Source: an uncultured Thiothrix sp.
GTDB lineage: Bacteria > Pseudomonadota > Gammaproteobacteria > Thiotrichales > Thiotrichaceae
Assembly: GCA_964506085.1 (NCBI GenBank)
Contig: CAZDMX010000001.1
Location: 1 to 25,456 of the forward strand
Direction of reading: 5' to 3'
Length of the DNA: 25,456 bases
Shown here: piece after piece, positions 1 to 10,400 of the stretch
Layout: each line of letters begins with the position of its first letter
How positions within the stretch are numbered: the first letter of the stretch is position 1
Program-made: the position numbers and the translations under genes
The notes under the pieces: model-generated
What the model was told of the DNA's origin: nothing
What the model saw: only the letters and a program-made list of their open reading frames with translations
The model's database searches: none

Positions 1-151
1 TAGACTCGATTGGTCTAGTATTTCCAACTGCATGAGAATACAAAATACTTTTGCTCATAATCAACTTTTAGAAACTAGAATTACCAGAATTAATGCTGAT
101 CTATTTATTCTTTCAGCCAGTTTGTCCTTAGAAAGCGTTAGATTGAACAAT

Positions 152-190
152 TTGACAACACATCATTATGTATTACAACTAGTATTACAT
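152..190 (+). promoter_or_regulatory. Candidate promoter/operator of a ribbon-helix-helix gene remnant
   Basis: TTGACA at 152-157. GTATTACA direct repeats at 170-177 and 182-189, just upstream of a GGAG SD (198-201) and the RHH-like ORF. No clean -10 at canonical spacing. Confidence 0.4.
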
Positions 191-207
191 AATGATTGGA
201 GACTCAT

Positions 208-285
208 GTGATTACACTTAGACTCGACCCAGAGTTAGAACAAACTATAAATTCTGTTGCTTATCAATTGGGAGTTACAGGTTAA
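208..285 (+). pseudogene. Truncated CopG/RHH-family (antitoxin-like) gene fragment, 25 aa
   Basis: GGAG SD, then GTG start: MITLRLDPELEQTINSVAYQLGVTG*. This matches the beta-strand and helix A of RHH proteins (xTLRLDxxLExxI...LGxT/S), but stops just before helix B (usually KSELIR-like). Below the ORF-track cutoff; translated by hand. Confidence 0.6.
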
Positions 286-555
286 AAGTGAAAGAGCCAT
301 TTACAACCTATATTAAATAATTTCGAAGAGTTAACGAATCATTACATAAGTGACTATATTATTCTCAATGCGCACTCTAATAGGTGCATCGTCAATGATG
401 TAATTCATCTTAGCTTGGCTATTTTCTTGAATCATTATGCGTACTAATATTTCCTGACCCTTTCTCTCGTGAGCTAGTTGTACATAACACTAAATTCATT
501 TTGTGATAATATCTAAAATCGAATTATAACTTATAAAACCATCAGAGAAGGAAAC

Positions 556-1305
556 ATGGCTGGACATAGTAAATGGGCAAACATAAAGCACAAGAAAGCA
601 GCGAATGACAAGAAACGTGCCAAAGTCTGGACGAAAATCATTCGAGAGATCACCGTAGCTGCGCGTGAAGGTGCGACTTCTGATCCGAATACCCATCCTC
701 GATTACGTCTTGCTGTGGATAAAGCGCTAGGTTCCAATATGCCTAAAGACACCATAGAACGTGCTGCAAAACGTGGAGCAGGTGAACTAGAAGGGGCTAA
801 CTACGATGAGATGCGTTACGAAGGTTATGGCCCAGGTGGAGTAGCTGTGATGGTGGACACCATGACAGACAATAAAAATCGCACGGTAGGAGAAGTACGC
901 CACGCCTTTACCAAAGCCGGTGGTAATTTGGGAACGGACGGCTCTGTATCCTATATGTTTAACGAAGTGGGTGTTTTCCCGTTTCCTGCCGGAACAGACG
1001 AAGATAGCTTGATGGAAGCAGCACTAGATGCGGGAGCAGACGATGTGGTAACGGATGATGATGGAAGCATTGAAGTGTTCTGCGCACCGACAGAATTCGT
1101 AGTTGTCAGCACGGCATTAAAAGAAGCAGGCTTTGAGATCGAAGAAGGCGAAGTCACGATGCGTGCGGACACCTTAAGTCCATTGGATGCAGACTCGGCT
1201 GAAAAACTCATTCGCTTAGTCGATGTGTTGGAAGAATTAGACGACGTTCAGGAAGTCTACTCTAACGCTGATATTCCGGATGAAGTCATGGAGAAGATGT
1301 TATAG
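556..1305 (+). CDS. yebC: YebC/PmpR family protein
   Basis: N-terminus [14 protein letters not shown], motif [10 protein letters not shown], 249 aa, conserved position upstream of ruvC, AAGGA SD. Confidence 0.97.
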   Translation: MAGHSKWANIKHKKAANDKKRAKVWTKIIREITVAAREGATSDPNTHPRLRLAVDKALGSNMPKDTIERAAKRGAGELEGANYDEMRYEGYGPGGVAVMVDTMTDNKNRTVGEVRHAFTKAGGNLGTDGSVSYMFNEVGVFPFPAGTDEDSLMEAALDAGADDVVTDDDGSIEVFCAPTEFVVVSTALKEAGFEIEEGEVTMRADTLSPLDADSAEKLIRLVDVLEELDDVQEVYSNADIPDEVMEKML

Positions 1306-1334
1306 CGAACGAAAAGACTGGAAGGAAAACCAAA

Positions 1335-1835
1335 ATTAGAATACTGGGAATCGACCCAGGTTCTCGGTTCACTGGTTTTGCCCTGATTGATAGTGACGGG
1401 CAACACAGTCGTCATATACATAGCGGTTGTATCAAGCTGGGTAATAAAAGTTTCCCTGAGCGATTGGGACTCATTTATACAGAACTTGCGGCATTAATTC
1501 GGGATTACTCACCCACCCAAATGGCCATCGAAAATGTCTTTGTTTCTAAAAACCCATCATCGGCTTTGAAGTTGGGACAAGCCAGAGGTGCAGCGATCTG
1601 CGCAGGTGTAGTACAAGAGCTTTCAGTAGCAGAATACAGCCCCAGAGAAGTGAAACAAGCCATAGTAGGCAAGGGCAGTGCGGATAAATCACAAGTACAA
1701 CACATGACTAAGATACTGTTGAATATCCATACCGATTTACAAGAAGATCAGGCAGATGCTTTGGGTATTGCGCTATGTCATGCACACACTTCGGCTTTTT
1801 ATAACAAGATAAAACAATCAGCACAGGGATTTTAA
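1335..1835 (+). CDS. ruvC: Holliday junction resolvase RuvC (probable ATT start)
   Basis: The frame of the listed 1464..1835 ORF extends upstream without stops to (I)RILGIDPGSRFTGF, which contains the first catalytic Asp. Also AIENVF, ALKLGQARG and DQADALGIALCH. No in-frame ATG/GTG/TTG between the TGA at 1281-1283 and 1335. AAGGA at 1322-1326 lies 8 nt before ATT at 1335. Confidence 0.93.
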   Translation: MRILGIDPGSRFTGFALIDSDGQHSRHIHSGCIKLGNKSFPERLGLIYTELAALIRDYSPTQMAIENVFVSKNPSSALKLGQARGAAICAGVVQELSVAEYSPREVKQAIVGKGSADKSQVQHMTKILLNIHTDLQEDQADALGIALCHAHTSAFYNKIKQSAQGF

Positions 1836-2438
1836 ATGATCGGTCGATTGCGCGGTACTATCGTCTACAAACAACCACCCGAACTCATGCTTGATGTGAA
1901 TGGTGTTGGTTACGAGCTACAAGCCTCCATGACGACCTTCGGTGAGTTGCCGGATGTGGACGCTGAAACAACCTTGTTCACGCATTTTATTGTCAGAGAA
2001 GATGCACAAACGCTCTATGCTTTTAGTTCACTCACCGAACGCAGCCTGTTTCGAACACTATTAAAAGTAAACGGGGTAGGGCCAAAAATGGCATTGGCGA
2101 TTGTTTCAGGCATGACCGTGACTGAGTTTTCCCAATATATCCATGCGGGTGATGTGACGGGTCTATGCAAACTCCCTGGTGTAGGTAAGAAAACAGCAGA
2201 AAGACTGATTATAGAAATGCGCGATAAGCTGGCCGAAGTGCCCGTAGAATCCAGTGTGAGTGCTTCCTCTCAACCCATGCAGCCGACTAGAAGGGGCAAA
2301 GAAGAAGAGGCGGTTAATGCATTAGTTGCGCTAGGATACAAGCCAGCACAAGCTAGTCGAATGGTAACAATCGTAGCCGACGAAGGCTTGACCGTAGAGC
2401 AGATAATTCGTGAAGCGCTAAAAGCGAGCTTGATCTAA
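1836..2438 (+). CDS. ruvA: Holliday junction branch migration protein RuvA
   Basis: MIGRLRG start, HhH motifs [10 protein letters not shown] and [13 protein letters not shown]-terminal [10 protein letters not shown]. Abuts the ruvC stop. Confidence 0.98.
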   Translation: MIGRLRGTIVYKQPPELMLDVNGVGYELQASMTTFGELPDVDAETTLFTHFIVREDAQTLYAFSSLTERSLFRTLLKVNGVGPKMALAIVSGMTVTEFSQYIHAGDVTGLCKLPGVGKKTAERLIIEMRDKLAEVPVESSVSASSQPMQPTRRGKEEEAVNALVALGYKPAQASRMVTIVADEGLTVEQIIREALKASLI

Positions 2439-3493
2439 TGGACGATGAACGCATCATCAGCGCTGCAACCTCGCCTGAAGAGTTATTCAATGAAGAGCAT
2501 ATCCGGCCAAGAACGTTAGAAGATTACATTGGACAACCTGTTGTCCGCAACCAAATGGAAATATTCATTCAAGCGGCAAAAGGCAGAATGGAAGCACTCG
2601 ATCATGTGCTTATCTTCGGGCCTCCAGGTTTAGGAAAAACCACGCTCTCACATATTATAGCCAACGAAATGGGAGCCAATCTGCGCCAAACTTCGGGCCC
2701 TGTATTAGAAAAAGCGGGTGATCTGGCGGCATTGCTTACCAATCTTGAGCCACATGACGTTTTATTTGTTGACGAAATACATCGTCTAAGCCCCGTAGTA
2801 GAAGAAATTCTTTATCCGGCAATGGAAGACTTCCAATTGGATATTATGATTGGAGAAGGCCCAGCGGCTCGCTCCATCAAACTGGATTTACCCCCCTTCA
2901 CATTGATAGGTGCAACAACCAGAGCAGGCCTACTCACCTCACCCTTAAGAGATCGTTTTGGCATAGTCCAACGATTAGAATTCTACAATGTGGAAGATTT
3001 AACCCATATAGTGAAGCGATCAGCCACTATACTTAATGTACCGATAGACCACGAAGGTGCTACAGAGATAGCCAAACGCTCAAGAGGCACGCCACGAATA
3101 GCCAATAGGCTATTAAGACGAGTTCGAGATTTCGCCCAAGTAAAAGCAGATGGGAGCATCGACGGCAACATCGCAGATAGCGCATTAAACATGCTAAACG
3201 TAGATGAACTAGGTTTTGACCATATGGATCGTCGCTTGTTACTAGCCATTATCGAAAAATTCGATGGCGGCCCCGTAGGTGTTGACAGCTTAGCCGCAGC
3301 CATAGGCGAAGAACGCGGCACAATAGAAGATGTGCTAGAACCCTTTCTCATCCAGCAAGGCTATATGCTACGCACCACCAGAGGCAGAATGGCAGCGCGT
3401 AGAGCATGGGAGCATTTTGGTATGACATATCGCAATGAACGCGGCGAAACACAAGACATAGCAGCAGGTGATTTATTTGACGGATCAAGCTAA
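2438..3493 (+). CDS. ruvB: Holliday junction branch migration ATPase RuvB
   Basis: [11 protein letters not shown], Walker [10 protein letters not shown], Walker [32 protein letters not shown]. 1-nt overlap with ruvA. Confidence 0.99.
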   Translation: MDDERIISAATSPEELFNEEHIRPRTLEDYIGQPVVRNQMEIFIQAAKGRMEALDHVLIFGPPGLGKTTLSHIIANEMGANLRQTSGPVLEKAGDLAALLTNLEPHDVLFVDEIHRLSPVVEEILYPAMEDFQLDIMIGEGPAARSIKLDLPPFTLIGATTRAGLLTSPLRDRFGIVQRLEFYNVEDLTHIVKRSATILNVPIDHEGATEIAKRSRGTPRIANRLLRRVRDFAQVKADGSIDGNIADSALNMLNVDELGFDHMDRRLLLAIIEKFDGGPVGVDSLAAAIGEERGTIEDVLEPFLIQQGYMLRTTRGRMAARRAWEHFGMTYRNERGETQDIAAGDLFDGSS

Positions 3494-3929
3494 CCCATCC
3501 AATAAAGACACAACCTACACACTTCCCATTCGTATCTATTACGAAGACACCGATGCGGGCGGCATAGTTTATTACGCCAACTATCTAAAATTTATGGAGC
3601 GTGCCAGAACCGAATGGCTTAGGGAGTTAGGCTACGAGCAAGATCAGCTACGCGATGAATACGGCATGATCTTCGTAGTGCGAAGCGCCCATGTCGACTA
3701 CTTCAAGCCCGCACTTTTCAATGACCTTCTCAATGTATCCGTCTCCGTAGCTGAATTAGGAAAAACCCATATCACCTGTCAGCAACAAGTCTTCAAATCC
3801 GTCTCCGATACCACCCAAGAGCTTATTACCGAAGCCACCATAGGTTTAGTATGTATAGATGCACAGCGCTTCCGGCCCGTGCGAATACCTGATATGTTAA
3901 GAAGTAGTTTTGAGGTTTCTAGGGCTTAG
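3468..3929 (+). CDS. ybgC: YbgC-family acyl-CoA thioesterase
   Basis: Hotdog-fold motif [31 protein letters not shown] and the canonical position after ruvB. Start uncertain (GTG 3468 or TTG 3477). Confidence 0.9.
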   Translation: MIYLTDQANPSNKDTTYTLPIRIYYEDTDAGGIVYYANYLKFMERARTEWLRELGYEQDQLRDEYGMIFVVRSAHVDYFKPALFNDLLNVSVSVAELGKTHITCQQQVFKSVSDTTQELITEATIGLVCIDAQRFRPVRIPDMLRSSFEVSRA

Positions 3930-4037
3930 GAACGTGCACGAAATAACTTGAGCATTCTGACGTCTCTTAGTATTTTACTCCGCGAACTGCCTCCAGTATC
4001 CAACAAGGTAATGAGGGAGAGCGTATACACAGGGTGC

Positions 4038-4120
4038 TTGTAAGTAACACTCATGTTAGTTAAACTAGAATAACTAACATAAAATATAGAATATATTAGT
4101 TAAGCTGATATAAGTAACGA
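4038..4120 (+). promoter_or_regulatory. Sigma70-like promoter overlapped by two palindromic operator-like sites
   Basis: TTGTAA (4038-4043)-N17-TAAACT (4061-4066). Perfect inverted repeat ATGTTAGTTA-N8-TAACTAACAT at 4053-4080. Degenerate copy ATATTAGTTA-N8-TAAGTAACGA at 4093-4120. Confidence 0.55.
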
Positions 4121-4144
4121 AAATATAGAAAATAGTTATTAAAT

Positions 4145-5311
4145 ATGGAAGCACTCTCAAGAGTAGGTAAAAAAATAAACTGTTCTGTAGGTGGTGAAGA
4201 TTACTTTGCCTATATTCCACAGCATCTACCTCCCAAGCCCAATGTCGATCTGGAGGGGCTTTATCCTTTGCTAGAAAAAGCAACTATTGCACTAGGGCGA
4301 CTTGATGGGATGAGTTTAACTCTTCCTGAACCTGCTTTGTTCTTGTATATGTATATTCGTAAAGAAGCTGTGTTTTCATCACAGATTGAAGGAACTCAAT
4401 CTTCTTTATCAGATTTACTCGCTTATGAAAGTACTATAACTCCAGGGGTTCCGCTGGATGATGTAACGGAAGTCTCTAACTATGTAGCAGCAATGAACTA
4501 TGGGTTAGAACGACTTAAAACCTTCCCTTTATCTTTAAGGCTCATTAGAGAAATTCATGGCATTCTTATGTCCAGTGGCCGAGGAAGTTCAAAGGCACCG
4601 GGTGAGTTCCGCACTAGTCAAAACTGGATTGGTGGCTCGCGTCCAGGCAATGCACGTTTCGTTCCACCACCACCGGAACAACTAATGGAGAGCTTAGGTG
4701 CACTAGAATTATTCTTGCATGATGGAACGGTTAAATTACCCTCTTTGATTAAAGCGGCACTAGCTCATGTCCAGTTTGAAACTATTCACCCTTTTCTGGA
4801 TGGCAATGGTCGCCTAGGTCGATTGTTAATAACCTTTATATTATGTGCGGAAGGTGTCATCCAGCAACCTTTGCTCTACCTTAGTTTATATCTTAAAACC
4901 AACAGGCAAGCCTATTATGACCACTTGCAATCTGTTAGAGATACAGGTGACTGGGAAGCCTGGGTTCAGTTTTTTCTGCAAGGAATTGTAGAAACCGCAA
5001 ATCAGGCGACAGAGACGGTACAACTAGTACTCAAGTTATTCGATGCAGATAAAGCTTATATTCAAGCGTCAGGTAAGTCTGCATCAGCAATTTTAACAGT
5101 GCATCAATATTTACAGCATCATCCCGTCACCACTACGACAAGAATAAAGGAATCCTGTGATATGTCATTGCCAACTGTACTAAGGGCATTGAAAACACTA
5201 GAAAGCTTGGAGATAGTAAAAGAAATAACAGGTAAAGAAAGACACAAAGTTTTTGTTTATCGTGAGTACTTGGATCTTCTTAATCGTGGTACTGAGCCGT
5301 TTAATAGTTGA
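4145..5311 (+). CDS. Fic family protein (class II: N-terminal inhibitory helix, Fic domain, C-terminal HTH)
   Basis: Catalytic motif HPFLDGNGRLGR, inhibitory motif SSQIEG, C-terminal winged-helix-like segment (SLPTVLRALKTLESLEIVKEITGKERHKVF). Confidence 0.93.
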   Translation: MEALSRVGKKINCSVGGEDYFAYIPQHLPPKPNVDLEGLYPLLEKATIALGRLDGMSLTLPEPALFLYMYIRKEAVFSSQIEGTQSSLSDLLAYESTITPGVPLDDVTEVSNYVAAMNYGLERLKTFPLSLRLIREIHGILMSSGRGSSKAPGEFRTSQNWIGGSRPGNARFVPPPPEQLMESLGALELFLHDGTVKLPSLIKAALAHVQFETIHPFLDGNGRLGRLLITFILCAEGVIQQPLLYLSLYLKTNRQAYYDHLQSVRDTGDWEAWVQFFLQGIVETANQATETVQLVLKLFDADKAYIQASGKSASAILTVHQYLQHHPVTTTTRIKESCDMSLPTVLRALKTLESLEIVKEITGKERHKVFVYREYLDLLNRGTEPFNS

Positions 5312-5312
5312 T

Positions 5313-6767
5313 ATGAGCTTTTTTACAGATCCTTATGCAAGATTTTTCCAACCTCTTACAGGAAAATATAGAGAGCAGATTCTTGTCTGTTTAAAAGCAC
5401 TTTATGCTGCAAGTTTTAGTCTGCATTCAACTTATACTCAGTTTCTTGAGAAAGAACAGGTTATTGAAATATTTCAGGAAATCATCACACGAGCACCTGT
5501 ATTGACTGATGATGAAGATGATCATAAAGAACCACCACGAAATGATCGCGAGCAAGCTTTGTGGGTTTTCAATCAATTGATTCAACACGGCTGGCTTGAA
5601 CAACGCATTGATGAAACTATTTTACAAAGCACCTATACCTTTAGTCGCATGGGCAGAATATTTACTGTGGCTATGGTTGAAGTGGCAGGGGCAAGCTTTC
5701 GTACTCGTCATCGTAATACACGCAATACCCGTAATGCCTTATCCTCATTTCTGGAGCACGGTGAGGTCTACGACTTATTGGATGCTTATGAGTATTCAGA
5801 GAGAATAGTGACCGACTTTACGGATGTTATTGATGAACTGGAAGAAAATAAGCGCCTGATTGTTAGTGACGCAGAGACTTCTGAACTGCTTAAACAGAAA
5901 ACAGAGACTTTTGTGGAGTTTATGGAAAAACGTTTTATCCCTGATATTTCCATACGTTTGTCAGCAGATAGTGTAGAGAAATACCGTGATGAAATTCAAC
6001 ATTTAATTGCTACTGCAAAAGCAAAAGGTAATAACTTTAAGACTGAAAAAGAAAGAGAGTTGAGAACTCTGGCAAGTGAATTGCTTAGTAAAGAAGAAAG
6101 AAACAAAAATGTATCTTTATACTTCAAGCTTCTTGATAGTATTGATCAGCGCATCTCAAATGCCAGTAAGTATATGTTGCCTAAGTTGCATCACTCATTA
6201 CGCAGTTTTACTCAGCGTGTTGAAATTATCATTAGCCAGTTAAGCTTTATACATAGTGGTCATCAAAGCCGTCTGCTGGAAATATGTCAGGCTCTGTCAG
6301 TACTGCCAGAAGATGAGCAAACATCTCGACTTGAAAAGGTAGGTGAATTATTAGCACCTGTTAATCTGCGACTTGCCGATTCCAGTGATTTGAAGATTAA
6401 TGAAAAACGGCTAAAACGTAGTGTGAATGCCCAGTTGACTCAAGAAGAATCACTCACTGAAGAGCAACAAAAACAGCTTTATATCCAAAATCTGTTAGAC
6501 GAATCTTTTACCTATCATGGAAAAGAACTGCGTGATTATATTATCAAGGCACTCATGAAAGGGCATCGCATTCGTACGACTCACTTACCAGTAAAAGATG
6601 CCAAAGAGCTGATCATGTTTACTCATGTCATTGAGGTAGGATCAGCCGGAAAACAGGATTCTGGTTATCAATTTCAGGTTGAGGCAACAGGTAATCGTGT
6701 GCCACATGAGTATTTTACTGAAATGGATGAATTTATCATCTCTTTAAAAAAGGAGCCGGACAGATGA
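5313..6767 (+). CDS. jetA: Wadjet JetA (kleisin-like subunit; DUF5716-like)
   Basis: First gene of a four-gene SMC operon. N-terminus FFQPLTGKYREQ, motifs WVFNQLIQHGWL and RTRHRNTRNT. Start placed at ATG 5313, 1 nt after the Fic stop, rather than the listed 5253. Confidence 0.82.
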   Translation: MSFFTDPYARFFQPLTGKYREQILVCLKALYAASFSLHSTYTQFLEKEQVIEIFQEIITRAPVLTDDEDDHKEPPRNDREQALWVFNQLIQHGWLEQRIDETILQSTYTFSRMGRIFTVAMVEVAGASFRTRHRNTRNTRNALSSFLEHGEVYDLLDAYEYSERIVTDFTDVIDELEENKRLIVSDAETSELLKQKTETFVEFMEKRFIPDISIRLSADSVEKYRDEIQHLIATAKAKGNNFKTEKERELRTLASELLSKEERNKNVSLYFKLLDSIDQRISNASKYMLPKLHHSLRSFTQRVEIIISQLSFIHSGHQSRLLEICQALSVLPEDEQTSRLEKVGELLAPVNLRLADSSDLKINEKRLKRSVNAQLTQEESLTEEQQKQLYIQNLLDESFTYHGKELRDYIIKALMKGHRIRTTHLPVKDAKELIMFTHVIEVGSAGKQDSGYQFQVEATGNRVPHEYFTEMDEFIISLKKEPDR

Positions 6768-7420
6768 TCACAGAATATTTGGAACGTGCCTTAAAAGCCT
6801 ATGATCTGAAATTGGAAGACTTTAGCGAGTTAATTAATCGTTTATTGAATTACGGTGTTTTGAGTCGTCAACAAAACCAAAAAGAACAAATGCTTTATGA
6901 CCGCTATCTGCGGATTTCATCACTTATTAATGACTACTTGTCAGTGATGAATGTTATCGTTTTTCATGATGAAAAATTTGAATACTTACGGCTTTATCCA
7001 CCCGGAAGCGCAGTGCCAGGTTTAGAAGTGCAGGACAGTTATACTGGCGGTTTACGAGTTAAGCTAAAACAGTCAGAAATTGTATTAGTGCTAATACTTC
7101 GCATTCAATACGACAAAGGGATTCGTGAAGGACGTGTGAGTATTGATGATCAGGGATATGTGACTGAGAAACTGGAATCCATTTCCATAGCCATGAAAGA
7201 AATACTGAATAGAAAACTACCCGACAACCTCACAGAGCGACGTGAGTTATTTAGTAAGCTACGGCAACTTCGCCTGATTGATTACAACAAGGACACTATT
7301 GATCAGCTACAAGAAGCATGGATAAAGATTTCCCCCATGATTGCCAGTTTTGTCAATGATGATGCATTGGCAGTGTTGGAAAATAGTCAGACAATTCGAG
7401 AGGATGGAGATGCTACTTAA
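6764..7420 (+). CDS. jetB: Wadjet JetB (KITE subunit; DUF4194-like)
   Basis: 218 aa, ATGA overlap with jetA, segments RLLNYGVL, LVLILRIQYD and LRQLRLI typical of tandem winged-helix JetB. Lies between jetA and the SMC ATPase. Confidence 0.83.
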   Translation: MITEYLERALKAYDLKLEDFSELINRLLNYGVLSRQQNQKEQMLYDRYLRISSLINDYLSVMNVIVFHDEKFEYLRLYPPGSAVPGLEVQDSYTGGLRVKLKQSEIVLVLILRIQYDKGIREGRVSIDDQGYVTEKLESISIAMKEILNRKLPDNLTERRELFSKLRQLRLIDYNKDTIDQLQEAWIKISPMIASFVNDDALAVLENSQTIREDGDAT

Positions 7421-10400
7421 GCGCTTGATATTATTGAATTGGGGTAACTTACCCAATCGATCTTATGAATTTGGCTCGGTAAACCTGTTTTCTGGAGGAA
7501 GTGGTTCAGGAAAAACCACAATGGGCGATGCAATACAAACCCTGATGACAGCAGCCTACGATACCTTATACCAATATAACCCAGGGCAAAATGAAAGTAG
7601 GCAACGCAGTAAAAGTGGTAAGCAGTCGCGTTCACTAGCCTCTTATGTGCTGGGCTGTGATGATGGAAGTTATGCGCGACTTGATCCAACGGATGGTTAT
7701 ATTGTAGGAGTATTTTACCCTTCTTCAGAAAATGAAACAGCGCCTCCCTTTACCGCCTTGATGGGCATTCGTGCTTATATTGATCAGACCGTAAATATAA
7801 AAACAGCCCGACAAGATTCTTTGCTGTTTATGATTTTGCCAGCAACAGAGCTAGAAAAAGATGATCTGGTTATTACGCAAGACAGTACTGAATTAATAGT
7901 GACACTGGATCAATTAGAAGCGCACTTTATCAGGAAGTTTGGTAAGCAAAGGTTTGAAGTCTACGACAAAAAAACAGCTTACTTACGTCGTTTGTATGCA
8001 GCTTTTAGGGGGCTGAAAGAGAACGTGGCGGAGCAAGAAGCAATGGCAGCCGCACGCGCTTTTTCCCGTTTTATGGCCTACAAATCGGTAAAAAATATTG
8101 ACCATTTTGTGTCAACAGAAGTGCTGGAGGAAAGAAACCTTGGTGAGGTTATTCAGGATATTTCCCAACAGTTGCGCTCTATACATGGGATGGAGAGTGA
8201 AGCTAAGCAACTAAAGCGTTCGATTACATTGCTAAAACAAGCAGACAATTTTTCCCAAAACTATATCGAATCATGGCTGGAACTGAATACATTGGACTAT
8301 ATGCTGGCGCAATACGATTATTATCAGTTACAACAGCAGTGGCTAACAACTCGAAAAGCTTTTGATAAAAAAAGATCAGATTTAAAGACAGTCGAAAAGA
8401 ATACTAAAACTACTCAGGAGCAACAGCTAGGGCTACATAAGGAACAGGTTAGCCTTGAAGCAAAACGACAAGGTATTCCGGCCTTACAGCAAAAGGATGA
8501 TCTAGAAAAAGAGAAGGATAGTTTAAAAGAGGCGGTTGTTTCAAAGTTTCAGGAATCAGGTGGGCAAAATATACAGCTTGCAACAAACAATGGTAACAGT
8601 GAATTTATCTGTAATCAGTTAGCCAATATTAGTCATGAGGATGATCTTGCAGGCTTTAATAACCTTGAGTTAACGACCTTTTGTCAACAATTTAAGGATG
8701 AAGGACTAGCAGAGAAGATTAATCTTAAGCTATTTATGGATACTGCTATCCTTGAAGATGCTGACAAGCTGGATAAATTGATACAACAAACGAAGTTTAA
8801 ACAGTCTCTTAATAATAACGGGTACGCCTATTGGCATCAGCAAAAAACGGCGAAAAAACAGACCCGTTTTGAGCAATTGGCTGGGATTACACGTAAGCAA
8901 GTTCGGTATTATCAACAGTTAGAAGAGAAGAAAATAGATTTAAACCATAAGATTAGGCGCTTAGAAAGCAATAAAAAGATTTATCCTGCCTATGTTGTCG
9001 AAGCTGTTAATGCTATTCGTAGTCGATATCCTGAAGCTGAGCCAGGCATCCTTTGTGATTATATTGAGGTTGCAAGTATTAAGCTTGATTGGCAATCCGC
9101 TATCGAAGGTTATCTGGGAGGTGCACGGTTTTCAATTATTGTTGATGAGGATTATGAAGCAGATGCTATTCGTCTTGTAAAATCCTTGTATAAAAACAAA
9201 GCTAAAGTTGTTCAGGGAAAACGGGCAAGGCTTGATGTAGAACGTAGCCATCAACAACTGGATCAACGTTCCATTATCCATATTCTGGAGTATGACCATG
9301 AAATTGCGAGATATTACCTGACAGCCAGCTACGGCACAGTCTTACGGGTAAATAATGCCGAAGAACTGAGTCTGGCGCGACGTGCTATTACCAAAGATGG
9401 TATGGGAGCAAGTAGTTATAGTATGTGGGCTCGTTCTCTGCCAGATGAAAAACTGGTGTTTGGAGAGAATGCTCGCTTAAGGGCTTTGGAAGCATTTAAA
9501 AAGGAACTATCCAATCTGGAACAAGAATTGAATCAGGCTAATGACGATATGATAGCCATTCAACACTTTCATGATGCCGTTGAAGCACTATCATCCATTA
9601 AGATTGTTGAGATAATAGAAGAAATGCTACCCCTTCATCAGCAATTAAAAATATTAGAACGAAAAATTGAACAATTGGATTTAGGTGAAGGCAAGAAACT
9701 GGATGAAAAGATAGAAGCACTAGCAAAAGATAAAGAGAATATTGATAGTATGCTTGGCGATTTACAAAAACAAAAAGGGAAGCTGGAAGAGCAAATAGAA
9801 AAACTGACCACAACAAGTAATAAACTCAGTGACCAAAAAGAAAGCTCTCAAAAAATCGTTGAATCCTGTGAGCAGAAGATTGTACAAATTGCTGAGGTGT
9901 GGTCCGATTTTGAGTTTGTAGCACATCTTGAATATGCTGATCAGGAAGCAAAAGCTCTTAATAAAGCTGCAAAGGAAGATGAAAAAAGAGAAGTTAATAA
10001 TTCATTGCAAAAGCATGAGCGTGACCTAGCTAAAAAACTGGATGAATATAATCAGGAATGTAAAGCAGGCGATGGTATCTTTTTCCAAGGTTATGAAGGT
10101 CAGCTTGATAACGCTTTATTCGAGCGTGTTTGTGCCAGACAAACAGATATTAAACGTATTCATAATCAATTGAAGAACAATGTACTGATTAAAATGGATC
10201 AGCAGCTAGGAAGAATTAGGGCTAGTTTTGACAATGCCTTTATTACGAACTTTTGTCATACCATTCATAGTGCCTTAAATACGGGTAAACAACAGATTGA
10301 ACAGCTCAATAAGGAACTTGAAAACCATTATTTTGGTGCTGATAATGAACAATTTCGTTTTGATTCAAAATGGGTTCCAGAATATAAGGGCTATGCTAAA

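Noticed and set aside
32-211. 59-codon ORF (MRIQNTFAHNQ...)
   Set aside because: No SD or recognisable motif, and it runs through the promoter/operator of the RHH fragment.
280-308. Integron attC/attI-like site at the RHH truncation point (GGTTAAAAG...ACAACC)
   Set aside because: The core does not match GTTRRRY, there is no proper attC palindrome, and no integrase or cassette array is present.
1306-1463. ruvC as a frameshifted or N-terminally truncated pseudogene, as the 123-aa ORF call suggests
   Set aside because: The missing N-terminus is present in the same frame with no stop or indel; only the start codon is non-canonical.
496-3351. Antisense and alternate-frame ORFs (496..696, 531..755, 951..1211, 1505..1705, 2983..3351)
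   Set aside because: Shadows of well-conserved genes with no recognisable motifs.
5253-7409. Listed upstream starts for jetA (5253) and jetC (7341)
   Set aside because: They create long overlaps with the preceding genes; ATG 5313 and ATG 7410 give typical coupled starts.
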